Shown: positions 1 to 10,912, numbered from the stretch's first letter. The stretch: DNA of 24,000 nt from an uncultured delta proteobacterium (GCA_903843965.1 CAIMRY010000025.1:44622-68621); one strand, 5' to 3'. Translations and numbers: made by a program. Notes: generated by a model not told the origin, from the sequence alone.

Positions 1-376
1 CCTCGGCGTTGATGCGCAGGAACACGGTGGCGTCCGTGAACTCCACCATGTCCAGCGACAAGCGGCGCGAGAAGAGCGGAATGACCCGGATGCGCGCCGA
101 CAGGGCGCTGGCCGTGAGCATGGGCTCCGGGCCGAAGCCGGGGGCGTTGCCCAGGGTGATGCCGCGCGCGTGCAGCCCCAGCCAGGGGAACACGCTGACG
201 CCCAGCTCGCCCCCCAGGCCGACCTGCTGGCCCGTGGCCTCCTGCATGAGCCGGGCGAACTCGGTGCGAAACTCCGGGGTGCTCATGTAGTGCGAGGCCC
301 AGAGCACCATGCCCCCGGTGAGGAGCAACAGCGCAATCAGCACGCCCAGGAGGATGAGGATGAGTTTTCGGCGCAT
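1..376 (-). CDS. AsmA-family protein, N-terminal part (runs off the left edge)
   Basis: Reverse-strand ORF starting at CAT 374-376; translation MRRKLILILLGVLIALLLLTGGMVLWASHYMSTPEFRTEFARLMQEATGQQVGLGGELGVSVFPWLGLHARGITLGNAPGFG...: N-terminal TM segment followed by the AsmA-like 'G.l.vs.fPwlgl...gitLGNapGFG' pattern. Confidence 0.8.
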   Translation of the reverse strand, partial: MRRKLILILLGVLIALLLLTGGMVLWASHYMSTPEFRTEFARLMQEATGQQVGLGGELGVSVFPWLGLHARGITLGNAPGFGPEPMLTASALSARIRVIPLFSRRLSLDMVEFTDATVFLRINAE

Positions 377-490
377 GGCCGCCCGCCTTGTGCCTCAGCT
401 ACGGTTGTGTGTTGCGGGGTCCGACGGCAGCCCGCAGTCCGCCTTTAGCTGGTTTGCGCATTCCCGGCAAGGACGCCTGGGGCAAAGCGT

Positions 491-1402
491 TCAGGACTCG
501 GTGGCCGGACCAGGCTGCGGCGCGTTTTCGCCGGGCCCGGCTTGCTCAATACCGATGCTCTCCAAACCGATGTCAACTAGGCCGATGCCTTCAAGCCCGA
601 CAATGGCGATGCCCGCCTTGTCCGCCACGGCCAGCGTGGACTCCAGGTCGAAGAACAGGCTTTTGCCCGCCTCCACGCCCAGGCACGTGGCCTTGCCCCC
701 AGCCATCAGGCGCACGGTGTCCAGGCCCACGCAGGGCAGGTCCACGCGCTCCTCCTGGCCGGGCTTGGCCACCTTGACCACCACGCAGCCCGCCCCGCCC
801 AGCTCGCAGCCGCGCCGGATGGCCGCGTCCGTGCCTTCCAGGGCCTCCACGGCGGCCACGATGCCCTCGCGCAGGACGATGCACTGGCCGATGTCGAGCC
901 GACCCAGCTCCCGGGCCATGGCCGCCCCGGCGCGCAGGTCGGCCCATTCGCGCTCGTCCGGTGCGCGCCGGGTAAGCACCCCCGGCGGGGTCATGAGCCC
1001 CGGCGCATAGGCCTGGGGCGGGCGGACCGTGATGCCCTCGGACTCCAGCAGGGTGGTGAAGGCGCGCAGAATGGCGTCGTCGCCCTTGCCCTTGAGCGAG
1101 AAGATGAGCTTTACGGCGCGGGCGTCGAGGTGCCGGATGTCCATGACCCCCGGCTTGTTGATGGCCCCGGCCATGATGGCCTCTTCGACCTTGTTCTGCT
1201 TGAAGAAGTCCACGAGCTTGCCCAGCTGGCCCAGCTTCAGCTCGCAGAAGACGTCGGCCAGGGGGTAGACTTCGGGGTTGGTGTGGCCCGCAAACCCGGC
1301 CACCACCAGGCGGTGCCCGGCGTCCTTGACCCCGCGCGCCACCAAAAGCGGGAACTGGCGCCCCCCGCTGATGAGTCCGACGACCTTGGCGGCTGCGCTC
1401 AT
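491..1402 (-). CDS. lpxI: UDP-2,3-diacylglucosamine diphosphatase LpxI (DUF1009)
   Basis: 303 aa ORF; GLISGGRQFPLLVARGVKDAGHRLVVAGFAGHTNPEV, MAGAINKP, KGDDAILRA and GCVVVKVAKPGQEERVDLPCVGLDTV are typical LpxI motifs; next to lpxA. Confidence 0.93.
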   Translation of the reverse strand: MSAAAKVVGLISGGRQFPLLVARGVKDAGHRLVVAGFAGHTNPEVYPLADVFCELKLGQLGKLVDFFKQNKVEEAIMAGAINKPGVMDIRHLDARAVKLIFSLKGKGDDAILRAFTTLLESEGITVRPPQAYAPGLMTPPGVLTRRAPDEREWADLRAGAAMARELGRLDIGQCIVLREGIVAAVEALEGTDAAIRRGCELGGAGCVVVKVAKPGQEERVDLPCVGLDTVRLMAGGKATCLGVEAGKSLFFDLESTLAVADKAGIAIVGLEGIGLVDIGLESIGIEQAGPGENAPQPGPATES

Positions 1403-1480
1403 GGATTCCCCCTGCGTGGCTGCGCCAGCCGGAAGCAGGCCGCGCGCCCCGGCTCGTTGCGTCGCCGTTCTTTGGTGGTG

Positions 1481-2290
1481 CTAGTCGTCGCCGTTGGAGC
1501 TCTTGCCCGCGTCGCTGGTGATGCCGCGCACCGTGCCGCGCACGAACTCCACCAGCCGCGCCACCTCAGGCACGTCCGGCAACTCCTCCAGGGCCTTGGT
1601 CAGGGCCTCGTCGCGCATGAGGCCGGAGCGGAAGATGATGCGGTAGGCCTTCTTGATGGCCCCGATGGTGGCGCTGGAAAAGCCCTTGCGCTTGAGCCCG
1701 ATGATGTTCGGGCCGTAGAGCTTGGCCCGGGTGCCCTGGGCCAGCATGTACGGCGGCACGTCGTTGCTGTAGCCGGAAAGCCCGCCCAGAAAGGCGTACT
1801 CGCCGATGCGCGCGTACTGCTGCACCGCAGCCATGCCCGAGACGATGGTGTGGTCGCCGATGTCCACGTGCCCGGCCATGCTCACCGCATTGGCCACGAT
1901 GACGTGGTCGCCGATGCGGCAGTCGTGGGCCACGTGGGCATAGGCCATGAACAGGCAATGCGAGCCGATGGTGGTTTCGCCGTGGCCCTGGGGCGTGCCC
2001 CGATGCACGGTGACGTATTCGCGGAAATGGTTGGCGCTGCCTATGCGCACCCAGGTCTCCTCGCCCTTGAAGCCCAGGTGCTGGGGCGCGTCGCCGATGC
2101 AGGCGTAGGAGTGCACGTGGTTGTCCGGACCCATGTTCGTGTAGTCCTTGACCTGGGAAAAGGCGTCGAGGATGGAGCCGTCGCCGATGAGGACTTTCTC
2201 CTCGATGACGCAGTAGGGTCCGACAGTGACGTTGTCGCCCAGCTGCGCGCCGGGATGAACAACCGCAGAGGGATGGATCTGTGTGGGCAC
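1481..2290 (-). CDS. lpxA: Acyl-ACP--UDP-N-acetylglucosamine O-acyltransferase LpxA
   Basis: 269 aa; hexapeptide repeats (IHPSAVVHPGAQLGDNVTVGPYCVI, REYVTVHRGT, NAVSMAGHVDIGDHTIVSGMAAVQQYARIG). GTG start overlaps the fabZ stop codon. Confidence 0.95.
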   Translation of the reverse strand: MPTQIHPSAVVHPGAQLGDNVTVGPYCVIEEKVLIGDGSILDAFSQVKDYTNMGPDNHVHSYACIGDAPQHLGFKGEETWVRIGSANHFREYVTVHRGTPQGHGETTIGSHCLFMAYAHVAHDCRIGDHVIVANAVSMAGHVDIGDHTIVSGMAAVQQYARIGEYAFLGGLSGYSNDVPPYMLAQGTRAKLYGPNIIGLKRKGFSSATIGAIKKAYRIIFRSGLMRDEALTKALEELPDVPEVARLVEFVRGTVRGITSDAGKSSNGDD

Positions 2291-2772
2291 TACATCTTCC
2301 CCTTGTCCACCACGGCGGCGGTGAAAATGCCCTCGGCCACGAGCTCGCCGTCAACGGTGGCGCGGCCCTGCATCTTCCAGATGTTCATCTTGCGCCGGAT
2401 GACGCTGGCCTCCAGGTTCAGGCGGTCGCCAGGGACCACGGGGCGGCGTATCTTGACCCCGTCGATGCCGGTGAAGAGGAACAGCTTGTCCGTGGAGTTG
2501 ATGCCCATGGTCTTGACCACGAAGATGCCGCCGGCCTGGGCCAAGGCCTCCAGAATGAGCACGCCGGGCATGATGGGCTGGCCAGGAAAATGGCCCTGGA
2601 AGAAATTCTCGTTGAAGGTCACGTTCTTGTAGGCCGTGATGCCCACGCCGGACTCGAAGCCGACCACCCGGTCCACCAGCAGGAAGGGATAGCGGTGCGG
2701 CAGCATCTCCATGATGCTGCGGATGTCGTCGACAAAGGCAGTGCCGTTCGCCGGGGCCGGGGCGCTCGTCAT
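2290..2772 (-). CDS. fabZ: 3-hydroxyacyl-ACP dehydratase FabZ
   Basis: 160 aa; IMEMLPHRYPFLLVDRV and FFQGHFPGQPIMPGVLILEALAQAGG (FabZ catalytic region). Confidence 0.96.
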   Translation of the reverse strand: MTSAPAPANGTAFVDDIRSIMEMLPHRYPFLLVDRVVGFESGVGITAYKNVTFNENFFQGHFPGQPIMPGVLILEALAQAGGIFVVKTMGINSTDKLFLFTGIDGVKIRRPVVPGDRLNLEASVIRRKMNIWKMQGRATVDGELVAEGIFTAAVVDKGKM

Positions 2773-2773
2773 G

Positions 2774-3799
2774 TCAGTCCTCCTTGGGCTTGTCCTGGCG
2801 CTGCTCCAGGGCCTTCTCCAGCTTGCGCACGCGGCGCGCCAGGTCCGGCAGCTTGGGCAGGGTCAGTGACATCTTGAGATAGGTTGCTATGTCCATGGAG
2901 GGCGACCCGCCAACCATGGCCCCGGCGGGCTGGTCCACGCCGACGCCGGACTGCCCGGCCACCTGGACGCCGTCGCCCAGGCTGATGTTGTCACGCAGGG
3001 CCGACTGCCCGGCCATGACGACGCCGTTGCCCAGCGTGCAGCTGCCCGCGATGCCCGCCTGGGAGATGATCAGGCAGTGCTTGCCGATCTGCACGTTGTG
3101 GGCGATCTGGGCCAGGTTGTCGATCTTGGTGCCGTCGCCGATGCGTGTGGCGTCCAGGGCGGCGCGGTCGACGGTGGTGTTGGCCCCGATCTCGACGTCG
3201 TCACCCACGACCACAACGCCCACCTGCGGGACCTTCACGTGGCCCGCCGAGCTTTGGGCGTAGCCGTAGCCGTCGCTGCCGAGCACGGCCCCGGCGTGGA
3301 CGATGACGCGGTCGCCCAGGACTGTACCGGCCAGGAGCACGCTGTTGGGGTACAGGGTGCAGCCCTGGCCGAGCACGCAGTCCTCGCCCACGTAGACGCC
3401 GGGGAACAGGGTCGTGCCAGCTCCGATTGCCGCGCGGGCGCCGATGAAGGCGAAGGGGTACACGGTGATGTCAGGGGCGAGGCTCGTGTCCGGGTGGACG
3501 TAGGCCTGGGGGCTTACACCCGTCAGGCAGCCCTGCGGCTTGGCGAAGAGCGCCACCACGCGCGCCCAGTCGAGCTTGAGGTTTGTGCTGAGCAGGCAGG
3601 TGCGCCCCTCGGGCGCGAACGTCTCCTCGCACAAGACAGCGCCCGCCCTGCTGTGCTCGAGCTCCGGCAGGTGCTTGCGGTTCAGCAGGGGGGCGAGCTC
3701 GTCCGGCCCGGCCAGGGCCAGCGTGTTCACGGCGGCAATCTCAAGGTCGTGGCCGGAAAAGGTCAGACCGACCTTCCCGGCCACTTCGGACAAACGCAT
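2774..3799 (-). CDS. lpxD: UDP-3-O-(3-hydroxyacyl)glucosamine N-acyltransferase LpxD
   Basis: 341 aa; left-handed beta-helix hexapeptide repeats, [69 protein letters not shown]. Confidence 0.95.
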   Translation of the reverse strand: MRLSEVAGKVGLTFSGHDLEIAAVNTLALAGPDELAPLLNRKHLPELEHSRAGAVLCEETFAPEGRTCLLSTNLKLDWARVVALFAKPQGCLTGVSPQAYVHPDTSLAPDITVYPFAFIGARAAIGAGTTLFPGVYVGEDCVLGQGCTLYPNSVLLAGTVLGDRVIVHAGAVLGSDGYGYAQSSAGHVKVPQVGVVVVGDDVEIGANTTVDRAALDATRIGDGTKIDNLAQIAHNVQIGKHCLIISQAGIAGSCTLGNGVVMAGQSALRDNISLGDGVQVAGQSGVGVDQPAGAMVGGSPSMDIATYLKMSLTLPKLPDLARRVRKLEKALEQRQDKPKED

Positions 3800-3813
3800 T
3801 CTCTGGCTCCGGA

Positions 3814-4350
3814 CTACTTCTTGGGCCGCGCTTTCCAGCCCCTGTTCAGCTCGGGAATCAACAACTTGGTGATGTCAATAGCGGGCTCAGCGTAGTAGGT
3901 TATTCCCTGCATCTTGGCGAGAAGCAAGGTTATGCCATTCTTGGCGCAGTAGTCGCGCACCACATCATTCAGCACGCGCTCGATCTCGGCCAGCTTGGTG
4001 TTCTGCTCGCGGCTGACGGCGCTCTGGAACCGGCGCATGTTCTCGGTCAGCTCGAACTCCTTGCGCCGGAGCTCGCGCTCCTTGTCAGCGCGGGCTTCAG
4101 GAGCCAGGCCAAAGGCCTGCTTCTGGAAGTTCTCCTGCAGCTTGATAAAGTCCGTTCTTTCTTTTTCGATCTTGTCGCTCTCGGGCTTCAGCTTGGCCTC
4201 AAGCTGCTTAATGGCCTCAGCGCCAGGTTCGGAGTTCTTCAAAGCCTCGTTGGGGTCAAAAACTGCGATTTTGACCGGACCGGCCCCGGCGGCAAAGGCC
4301 ACGGACTGAAGCAGGAAGAGGAAAAGGGCAAGGGCCAGAAACTTACGCAT
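3814..4350 (-). CDS. OmpH/Skp-family periplasmic chaperone
   Basis: Signal peptide [32 protein letters not shown]...[29 protein letters not shown] coiled-coil region typical of OmpH. The start at 4350 is preferred over 4368 because an AGGAG-like RBS lies just upstream of it. Confidence 0.9.
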   Translation of the reverse strand: MRKFLALALFLFLLQSVAFAAGAGPVKIAVFDPNEALKNSEPGAEAIKQLEAKLKPESDKIEKERTDFIKLQENFQKQAFGLAPEARADKERELRRKEFELTENMRRFQSAVSREQNTKLAEIERVLNDVVRDYCAKNGITLLLAKMQGITYYAEPAIDITKLLIPELNRGWKARPKK

Positions 4351-4409
4351 GTCAAATTCTCCTTTCACCAGTTGTTGATACTTACGCTTCTGTCTACACA
4401 GGAAGACCG

Positions 4410-7145
4410 CTAGAAGGTCTGGCCCATGTTGAACTCCACCTTGTTCCGCGTGCTGTCATAGACTTCGTCCAAACCATGTCCGAACTCAAGCTTCAGCGGG
4501 CCCATTGGCGAGAACCACTGGAGGCCGACGCCCACGCTCTTGTACAGGCCAAGAGGCGGTGACGTATAGCCGTTGCGGGTGGGGTTGCTGAGCCACATCT
4601 CGCCTTCTTTCCAGGAGTTGCCTGCGTCAAAGAACAAGGAGCCGATGATACCCATCTTTTTGTTCAGAGGGTAGAGCAATTCAAGGTTCGTGAAGAGCAT
4701 CTTGTCGCCGCCAAGAGCCTGGCCCGTGGCGTCGTCCAGGGGCGAGATCTTGTGCTGCGTGTAGCCGCGCACAGTGCCCATGCCGCCCAGGGTGAAACGT
4801 TCGCCCAGGGGAATGGGGCTGCCCCAGTTCTGCCCGATCATGGCTGTGGACGCGTGGGATTTCAGCACAAGGTCGCCGATGACGCTGTTGTACATGACAA
4901 AGTCATAGCCGAGCTTGATGAAGTTGTCGTTGCCGCCCAGGATGGCGCCGCCATTGGTCAGGCTGACGGTGTTCACCGTGCCCTTGGTGGGCAGGGTCAT
5001 GCCGCCGCCGTTGGTGGTGTTGCGCGCCACCGAGACCGAGGCCACGCTGGCGATGTGCGTGCCCAGGGCGTCAGTGATCGCCTGCGCGGAGCCGGCTTTC
5101 GCGTCATAGATCCTGTAGCGGTCCAGGCGATAGCTCCACAGCAGGCTGGTGTACTCGCCGATGGGGTACGCAAAGTTGACCGTGGAGCCGATGGTGTTGC
5201 GCTGGTAGTCGACGAGGTTTTCGTCGCGTTCGTAGGCCGAAAAGCCCACGCCAAGCTTGCTGTCATCCCAGCGCGGGTTGAAGGCGTTTAAGGTGTAGCT
5301 CGTCTTCTTGGTGCTCCACTGCCCGGCGAGCCCCGCGCCCCAGCCCTTGCCGAACATGTTCTGCTCGTCCAGGGTGCCGGCGAAGTAGACGCCGTCGTAT
5401 GTGGAGAAGCCGACGCCGCCGCCGATCTTGCCGGTGTCCTTGTCCTTGACCTTGATCTTCAGGTCCATCTCCTCGGGATTGCCCGTGGGCACGGGCTCAA
5501 TGTCCACCGAGGAGAAGTAGCCGGACTTGTCCAGGCGTTCGGTGGAGCGCTTGAGCATTTCGCCGTTGAACAGGGAGCCGTCGGCCAGGCGCATCTCGCG
5601 CAGGATGACGTTGTCGCGGGTCTTGGTGTTGCCCTCGATGAGCACCCGACGGATGTGGACCTTCTGCAGCTTGCGCATGACATAAACGACATCCACTGTT
5701 TTTTCTTCCGGGTGGTCGTTCATGCGCACATTGGCCTCGGCGTAGGCGTAGCCGAAGTTGTTGTAGTATTCGGTCAAGGCCTTCAGGTCGTCGCGCACCA
5801 GGGAGCGGTCAAGATAGTCCTTCTTCCCGGCGGCCTTGCTCAGCTTGGTCACTTCCAGCAGCTTGTCCTCGTCGGCAATGAGGTCGCCCTCGACGCTGAC
5901 CTTCTCCACGCGGAAGCGCGAGCCCTCTTCGACCTTGAACTTGATGTAGATGCCGTCATCCTTGAACTCGATGTCGGGGCTGCCCACCTTGGCGTCCATG
6001 TAGCCGCGGTTGTTGTAATAGGCGGCGAGCACGGACGTGTCGCGCTCAACCATGTCCTCCTTGAGGATGCCGCCCTGGCTGAACCAGGAGAAGATCCCGC
6101 GCTCCTTCAAGGCCATGTCTTCCTTGAGGTCGTCCTCGGAAACCTGCTTGGCTCCTTCCACGGTGATGGACTTGATGTAGAGCTTCTTGCCCTCGTCGAT
6201 GACGAAGTTGAGACGCGCCTGCCCCTGGCCCGCGGTCTCGGTCTCGTGGGTGACCTTGGCGTTGTAGTAGCCGTCCTTGCGGTACAGGTCGCGGATGGCG
6301 TTGATATCCTCGGCCAGGACCTTTGGGTTCAAGACCGCGCCCTTCTTGGAGTTGACGACCTTGAGCACGTCCTCAACGGATTTCTCCTTGGCGCCCTTGA
6401 CGCCCAGGGCCAGGATGCGCGGCTTCTCCACAACCTGCACGATCATCTTCTTGCCGCCGTTGACGTCGCGCAGGATGATCTTCACGTCGTCAAAATATCC
6501 CAGGTCGTACACGGTCTTAAGGTCCGTGTTCACGGCCTTGGCGTCCAGAACCTCGCCTTTCTTTGTGGACAGGCGCATGAGCACCACGTCTTTGTCCAGC
6601 GCGGTGGTGCCCTCCACGTCGATGTCCACGATGCGCTCCAGGCCGAGCAGGTCACCCTTCATCTTGGTCACCAGGTCGTCCACGGCGGGCAGGAGGTTGA
6701 TCAGCCCCTCGCGCGTGGAGAACACAGGCCTCGGCGGCTTCAGCCCAAAGGGGTCCAGGACCCGGGCGTCGATGGACAGGGTCTCGCCCAGCTTGCTGAA
6801 GCTGCCGGTGATGGCGTACCCGGCGTTGGTCAAGAGGGCCGCCTCCTTGGCGGCGGCGGGGTCAGCGGGGTTCAGGCCCTTGGAGGCCAAAGCCTTGGCC
6901 ACGGCCTCCTTGTCGATGACGGTGAACCCGGCCTCGCGCAGGCGGTCGGACAACAGGTCCGGCAAACCCTGGCGGAGGTACTTCAGGTCGTCTCCGGCGT
7001 TCACCTCAAACGGCATCACGACCACTGTGACTTCGCGCGGCGAGGTCACTGCGGAGCGGGAAGGCCGTGGCGCGGCGCACACGGCCGCAAAGACCGTGAA
7101 AAACGCCAGCACAAGGAAAAAATTTTTGCTGCTACCCCTGGGCAT
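4410..7145 (-). CDS. bamA: Outer membrane protein assembly factor BamA
   Basis: 911 aa; multiple POTRA-like repeats (IEGNTKTRDNVILREMRLADGSLFN, YFDDVKI), C-terminal Omp85 barrel with GGMGTVRGYTQHKISPLD and a terminal aromatic residue (FNMGQTF). The N-terminus also carries a domain (VVVMPFEVNAGDDLKYLRQGLPDLLSDRLREAGFTVI). Confidence 0.95.
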   Translation of the reverse strand: MPRGSSKNFFLVLAFFTVFAAVCAAPRPSRSAVTSPREVTVVVMPFEVNAGDDLKYLRQGLPDLLSDRLREAGFTVIDKEAVAKALASKGLNPADPAAAKEAALLTNAGYAITGSFSKLGETLSIDARVLDPFGLKPPRPVFSTREGLINLLPAVDDLVTKMKGDLLGLERIVDIDVEGTTALDKDVVLMRLSTKKGEVLDAKAVNTDLKTVYDLGYFDDVKIILRDVNGGKKMIVQVVEKPRILALGVKGAKEKSVEDVLKVVNSKKGAVLNPKVLAEDINAIRDLYRKDGYYNAKVTHETETAGQGQARLNFVIDEGKKLYIKSITVEGAKQVSEDDLKEDMALKERGIFSWFSQGGILKEDMVERDTSVLAAYYNNRGYMDAKVGSPDIEFKDDGIYIKFKVEEGSRFRVEKVSVEGDLIADEDKLLEVTKLSKAAGKKDYLDRSLVRDDLKALTEYYNNFGYAYAEANVRMNDHPEEKTVDVVYVMRKLQKVHIRRVLIEGNTKTRDNVILREMRLADGSLFNGEMLKRSTERLDKSGYFSSVDIEPVPTGNPEEMDLKIKVKDKDTGKIGGGVGFSTYDGVYFAGTLDEQNMFGKGWGAGLAGQWSTKKTSYTLNAFNPRWDDSKLGVGFSAYERDENLVDYQRNTIGSTVNFAYPIGEYTSLLWSYRLDRYRIYDAKAGSAQAITDALGTHIASVASVSVARNTTNGGGMTLPTKGTVNTVSLTNGGAILGGNDNFIKLGYDFVMYNSVIGDLVLKSHASTAMIGQNWGSPIPLGERFTLGGMGTVRGYTQHKISPLDDATGQALGGDKMLFTNLELLYPLNKKMGIIGSLFFDAGNSWKEGEMWLSNPTRNGYTSPPLGLYKSVGVGLQWFSPMGPLKLEFGHGLDEVYDSTRNKVEFNMGQTF

Positions 7146-7818
7146 AGAGAACTCCCGAACGCAACTCGAACCGCCGTCCCATGACGCCGGCCAGTTCTAT
7201 GTTATGCGTTACGACCACGAATGTCATCCCCAAGTCCCTGTTCAAGGACACCAGGAGTTCGCCGACCATTCTGCCCGTTCTCTCGTCCAGGTTTCCGGTG
7301 GGCTCGTCGGCCAGAAGGGCCTTCGGGCGGAGCAGGATGGCCCTGGCGATGGCCGCCCGCTGGCGTTCTCCGCCAGACAGGGTCGTCACCGCCTGTTCCA
7401 TGTGCTGCCGCATTCCCACCATCACCAGGGCCTCACGGGCCAGCTCCAGGGCTTCAGCCCTGGACTTCCCGGCAATGATGCCGGGCATGGCGACATTCTC
7501 CAAGGTCGTGAATTCCGGCAGCAGGTGGTGGAACTGAAAAACAAATCCCATGTCCCTGTTGCGAAGCACGGCCCTGCGCCTGTCGTCGAGGACCGCCAGA
7601 TTCTCCCCGGAGAAGAAAATTTCTCCACTCGTGGGCGCGTCCAGAGTTCCAAGAAGGTGCAGGAGGGTCGTCTTCCCGGAACCCGAGGCGCCTAGTATGG
7701 CAATGGATTCTCCAGGGGCTACGGTCAGATCGATCCCGTCAAGCACCCGCAGGCGCTCCCCTGGCCCAGCAAATTCCTTGCCAACCCTGTTCAGGCGGTA
7801 TAGCGGCTCTTTATTCAT
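7132..7818 (-). CDS. lolD: ABC transporter ATP-binding protein, LolD-like lipoprotein release
   Basis: Walker A GASGSGKT, signature LSGGERQRAAIARAILLRPKALLADEPTGNLD. Start reassigned to ATG at 7816-7818 (MNKEPLYRLNRVGKEF), overlapping the end of the permease gene. Confidence 0.92.
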   Translation of the reverse strand: MNKEPLYRLNRVGKEFAGPGERLRVLDGIDLTVAPGESIAILGASGSGKTTLLHLLGTLDAPTSGEIFFSGENLAVLDDRRRAVLRNRDMGFVFQFHHLLPEFTTLENVAMPGIIAGKSRAEALELAREALVMVGMRQHMEQAVTTLSGGERQRAAIARAILLRPKALLADEPTGNLDERTGRMVGELLVSLNRDLGMTFVVVTHNIELAGVMGRRFELRSGVLYAQG

Positions 7819-9040
7819 AACGCAAGGCATCCGAGGGCTTAAGCGCAGCTGCGCGCCGGGCCGGGTAGATCGTGGACAGATAGCACAGGGCAAGAGCCGC
7901 AACCCCGATCAGCAGCATATCCAAAAACTCAAGGCGTACAGGTAGATAGTCCACCGGGTAGACATCGCTCGGCAGCTTGATGAACTGGTATTTCTTGAGC
8001 AAAAGCGCCACAGGAAGGCCGATGGCGTAGCCCAGGGCCGTGCCCACCGCGCCGATAAAACTGCCCTGATAGATAAAAATCCGCCGGATGCTCCTCTCGT
8101 CCGCGCCCATGGCCATGAGCACGGCGATGTCCTTGGTCTTCTGCATCACCAGCATCACCAGCATGGTCACGATGCTGAAGGAGCCCACCAGCACGATCAT
8201 GGCCAGGATGATGAACATGGCCGTCTTCTCAAGCTCCAAGGCTGCGAAAAGATTGGCGTTCATCTCCTGCCAGTTGCGCACAAAAACAGGGTAGTCATGC
8301 AGCTTTGCGCGGATATGGTCGCTGACGGTGCCGGCCGCGTACACATCCGCCAGGCGAACCTCCAGCCCTGATACGATATCACCCTTGAATCCAAGGAGAC
8401 TTCTCGCCGCGCCCACGGTCACGTAGCCCAGGGTGGCGTCGTACTCGAACATGCCGGTCTTGAAGATTCCGGCCACGCGGAAGACCTTCACCTTGGGCGT
8501 AAAGCCTACTGCGCTGGGGGTTCCCGTGGGCGAGAGCAGGTTCACCAGCGCCCCCACCTCCAGCCCCAGGCGCTTGGCCATCTCCGCGCCGATGATCACT
8601 CCGGGCAGGTCGTCGCGGTCCTCCAAATCATTGACGCTTCCGGAAACCATGTCCCGGGTGATGCTCAGGACTTGGTCGGCGGTGGCGGGGTCGATGCCGC
8701 GCAGGACCACGCCCTTGACCCCGCCCTTGGCCGAGAGCATGACCTCGGAGTACACAAAGGGCGTGACCCCGCTGACGCCGGGCACCTCCCGGCACAGGTC
8801 CGCCAGCTTCTGGTAGTCGCGGATGCCGCCGGAAAAGGCGCTCACCAGCACGTGGGCGTTGACGCCCAGGATCTTGTCGCGCAGGTCCTTGGTGAACCCG
8901 TTCATGACCCCGATGACCACGATGAGCGCGGCCACGCCGAGGGCCACGCCGCACACGGCGAATAGCGAGATGATGCCGATGAAGGACTGTTTGCGAAGCG
9001 CGAAGATGTAGCGCAGGGCGATGAACAGTTCGAAGTTCAT
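7811..9040 (-). CDS. Lipoprotein-releasing ABC permease (LolC/LolE/LolF family)
   Basis: 409 aa; [50 protein letters not shown]-terminal FtsX-like TM region ALCYLSTIYPARRAAALKPSDALRYE. Confidence 0.93.
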   Translation of the reverse strand: MNFELFIALRYIFALRKQSFIGIISLFAVCGVALGVAALIVVIGVMNGFTKDLRDKILGVNAHVLVSAFSGGIRDYQKLADLCREVPGVSGVTPFVYSEVMLSAKGGVKGVVLRGIDPATADQVLSITRDMVSGSVNDLEDRDDLPGVIIGAEMAKRLGLEVGALVNLLSPTGTPSAVGFTPKVKVFRVAGIFKTGMFEYDATLGYVTVGAARSLLGFKGDIVSGLEVRLADVYAAGTVSDHIRAKLHDYPVFVRNWQEMNANLFAALELEKTAMFIILAMIVLVGSFSIVTMLVMLVMQKTKDIAVLMAMGADERSIRRIFIYQGSFIGAVGTALGYAIGLPVALLLKKYQFIKLPSDVYPVDYLPVRLEFLDMLLIGVAALALCYLSTIYPARRAAALKPSDALRYE

Positions 9041-10668
9041 GCAGGTCCGGTGGCCGGGCCGGCCGGCCCGGATGAGGTTTGGCCGGAGCTGGTCTCCAGC
9101 CTGAGCAGCGGGAAGAGGATGACCTCGCGGATGGACGGGGAGTCGGTGAGCAGCATGACCAGGCGGTCGATGCCCACGCCCTGCCCGGCAGCCGGAGGCA
9201 TGCCGTACTCCAGCGCGCGCACGTAGTCCTCGTCCATGAAGTGCGCCTCGTCGTCGCCTGCGGCCTTTTCCTGCACCTGGTCCTCGAAGCGGCCGCGCTG
9301 GTCCACGGGGTCGTTCAGCTCGCTGAAGGCGTTGGCCAGCTCGCGGCCCACCACGAACAGCTCAAAGCGGTCGGTGATCTCCGGGTTGTCCTCGTTGCGG
9401 CGGGAGAGCGGAGAGATGTCCGTCGGATAATGATAGATGAAGTGCGGCTGGATGAGCTTGGGCTCCACGAAGATGTCGAAGAGCTTGGCTTGGAGCTTGC
9501 CCAGCTTTTCGCCCTTGACGACCTTCTCGCCGCTCTTCTTCACCAATGCGGCGCAGCGTTCGTAGTCCTTGTAGTCGGCCGGGTCAACGCCGCCGATCTG
9601 CTCCAGCGAGTCGTGGAAGCTTATGCGCGTCCACTTGCCCGGCGTCAGGTCGATCTCCATCTCCTGGTAGGTCACGATGGTGCTGCCGCACACGTCGCGG
9701 GCCACGATGGAGAGCATGTCCTCGGTCAGGTCCATGAGGTCCGTGAAGTCGGCATAGGCCCAGTAGAACTCCAGCATGGTGAACTCGGGGTTGTGCCGGG
9801 TGCTGATGCCTTCGTTGCGGAAATTGCGGTTGATCTCGTAGACCTTTTCGAACCCGCCCACGAGCAGGCGCTTCAGGTACAGCTCGGGCGCGATGCGCAT
9901 GTACAGCTTCATGTCCAGCGCGTTGTGGTGCGTCTCGAAGGGCCGCGCCGTGGCGCCGCCGGGAATGGGCTGCATCATGGGCGTCTCGACCTCAAGGAAG
10001 CCCCTGGCGTCGAGGTAGTTGCGGATGCCGCGCACGATCATGGTGCGCTTGCGGAAGATCTCGCTGGTGCGCGGGGTCACGATGAGGTCCACGTAGCGCT
10101 GGCGGTAGCGGGTCTCCATGTCCTTCAGCCCGTGGTACTTCTCCGGCAGGGGCCGCATGGACTTGGTCACCAGGACCACGGACCTGGCGCGCAGGGTCAG
10201 CTCGCCGGTCTTGGTGCGGAAGAGGTCGCCGCTGATGCCCAGGATGTCGCCGATGTCGTACTTTTTGAAGAGCTGGTAGGCCTCCGCGCCGAGGTCGTCG
10301 CGGGCCACAAAGATCTGCATGGACGCGCTGGAGTCCTGGAGCTTGACAAAGGTGACCTTGCCAAACGAGCGCAGCGAGCGCACGCGCCCGGCCACGGCGA
10401 ACACGCGGCCCACGGCCGCCAGCCCGTCATCGTCCATGTCCGTGTAGGCGGAGACGATGTCGGCCAGGTCCGTGTCCCGGCGGAAGGTGTTGGGGTACAG
10501 GGACACGTTCTCGTCGAGCAGGGCGCAGGCCTTGTCGATGCGGCCCTTGAGCACGTCGTTCAATTCATCGCGCGCGGCCAAGGCGTCCGCCAGGGGCTTG
10601 AAGCGCCCAGCGTGCTTCGACCCGGCGTGGCTGTCTGCCCCGCCGTTGCGTTGTTCGTTGTCGGCCAA
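9037..10668 (-). CDS. lysS: Lysine--tRNA ligase (class II)
   Basis: 543 aa; OB-fold region [22 protein letters not shown], class II motifs [119 protein letters not shown]. Confidence 0.96.
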   Translation of the reverse strand: MADNEQRNGGADSHAGSKHAGRFKPLADALAARDELNDVLKGRIDKACALLDENVSLYPNTFRRDTDLADIVSAYTDMDDDGLAAVGRVFAVAGRVRSLRSFGKVTFVKLQDSSASMQIFVARDDLGAEAYQLFKKYDIGDILGISGDLFRTKTGELTLRARSVVLVTKSMRPLPEKYHGLKDMETRYRQRYVDLIVTPRTSEIFRKRTMIVRGIRNYLDARGFLEVETPMMQPIPGGATARPFETHHNALDMKLYMRIAPELYLKRLLVGGFEKVYEINRNFRNEGISTRHNPEFTMLEFYWAYADFTDLMDLTEDMLSIVARDVCGSTIVTYQEMEIDLTPGKWTRISFHDSLEQIGGVDPADYKDYERCAALVKKSGEKVVKGEKLGKLQAKLFDIFVEPKLIQPHFIYHYPTDISPLSRRNEDNPEITDRFELFVVGRELANAFSELNDPVDQRGRFEDQVQEKAAGDDEAHFMDEDYVRALEYGMPPAAGQGVGIDRLVMLLTDSPSIREVILFPLLRLETSSGQTSSGPAGPATGPA

Positions 10669-10912
10669 AACGGGTATCTCCCTGGGATGTGCGGACTCTA
10701 AAGAAAGTCTTAAGCGATGCGCCTATGCTGGAATCCTGCCTAAGCCATCCGCCCCTGGCAGTCAAGGCGGAGATACTCTCCGGCGCAGGTGAAGTCAAAG
10801 CCAAAGATGGCGCGGGAAAAGGCCTGGCGGACTTGCCGGGCGATGGCGAGAAAATCCTTGACCCATGCCGGTAGTTTTGCTTAAAGAAGCCTCCGCCGCA
10901 TCACGCGGCTCT

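Noticed and set aside
1130-2632. 500-aa plus-strand ORF
   Set aside because: Antisense to lpxI/lpxA/fabZ, whose minus-strand translations carry clear family motifs.
5655-7184. 509-aa plus-strand ORF
   Set aside because: Antisense shadow of bamA; repetitive V/H/D/L composition, no domain signature.
9079-10701. 540-aa plus-strand ORF
   Set aside because: Antisense shadow of lysS.
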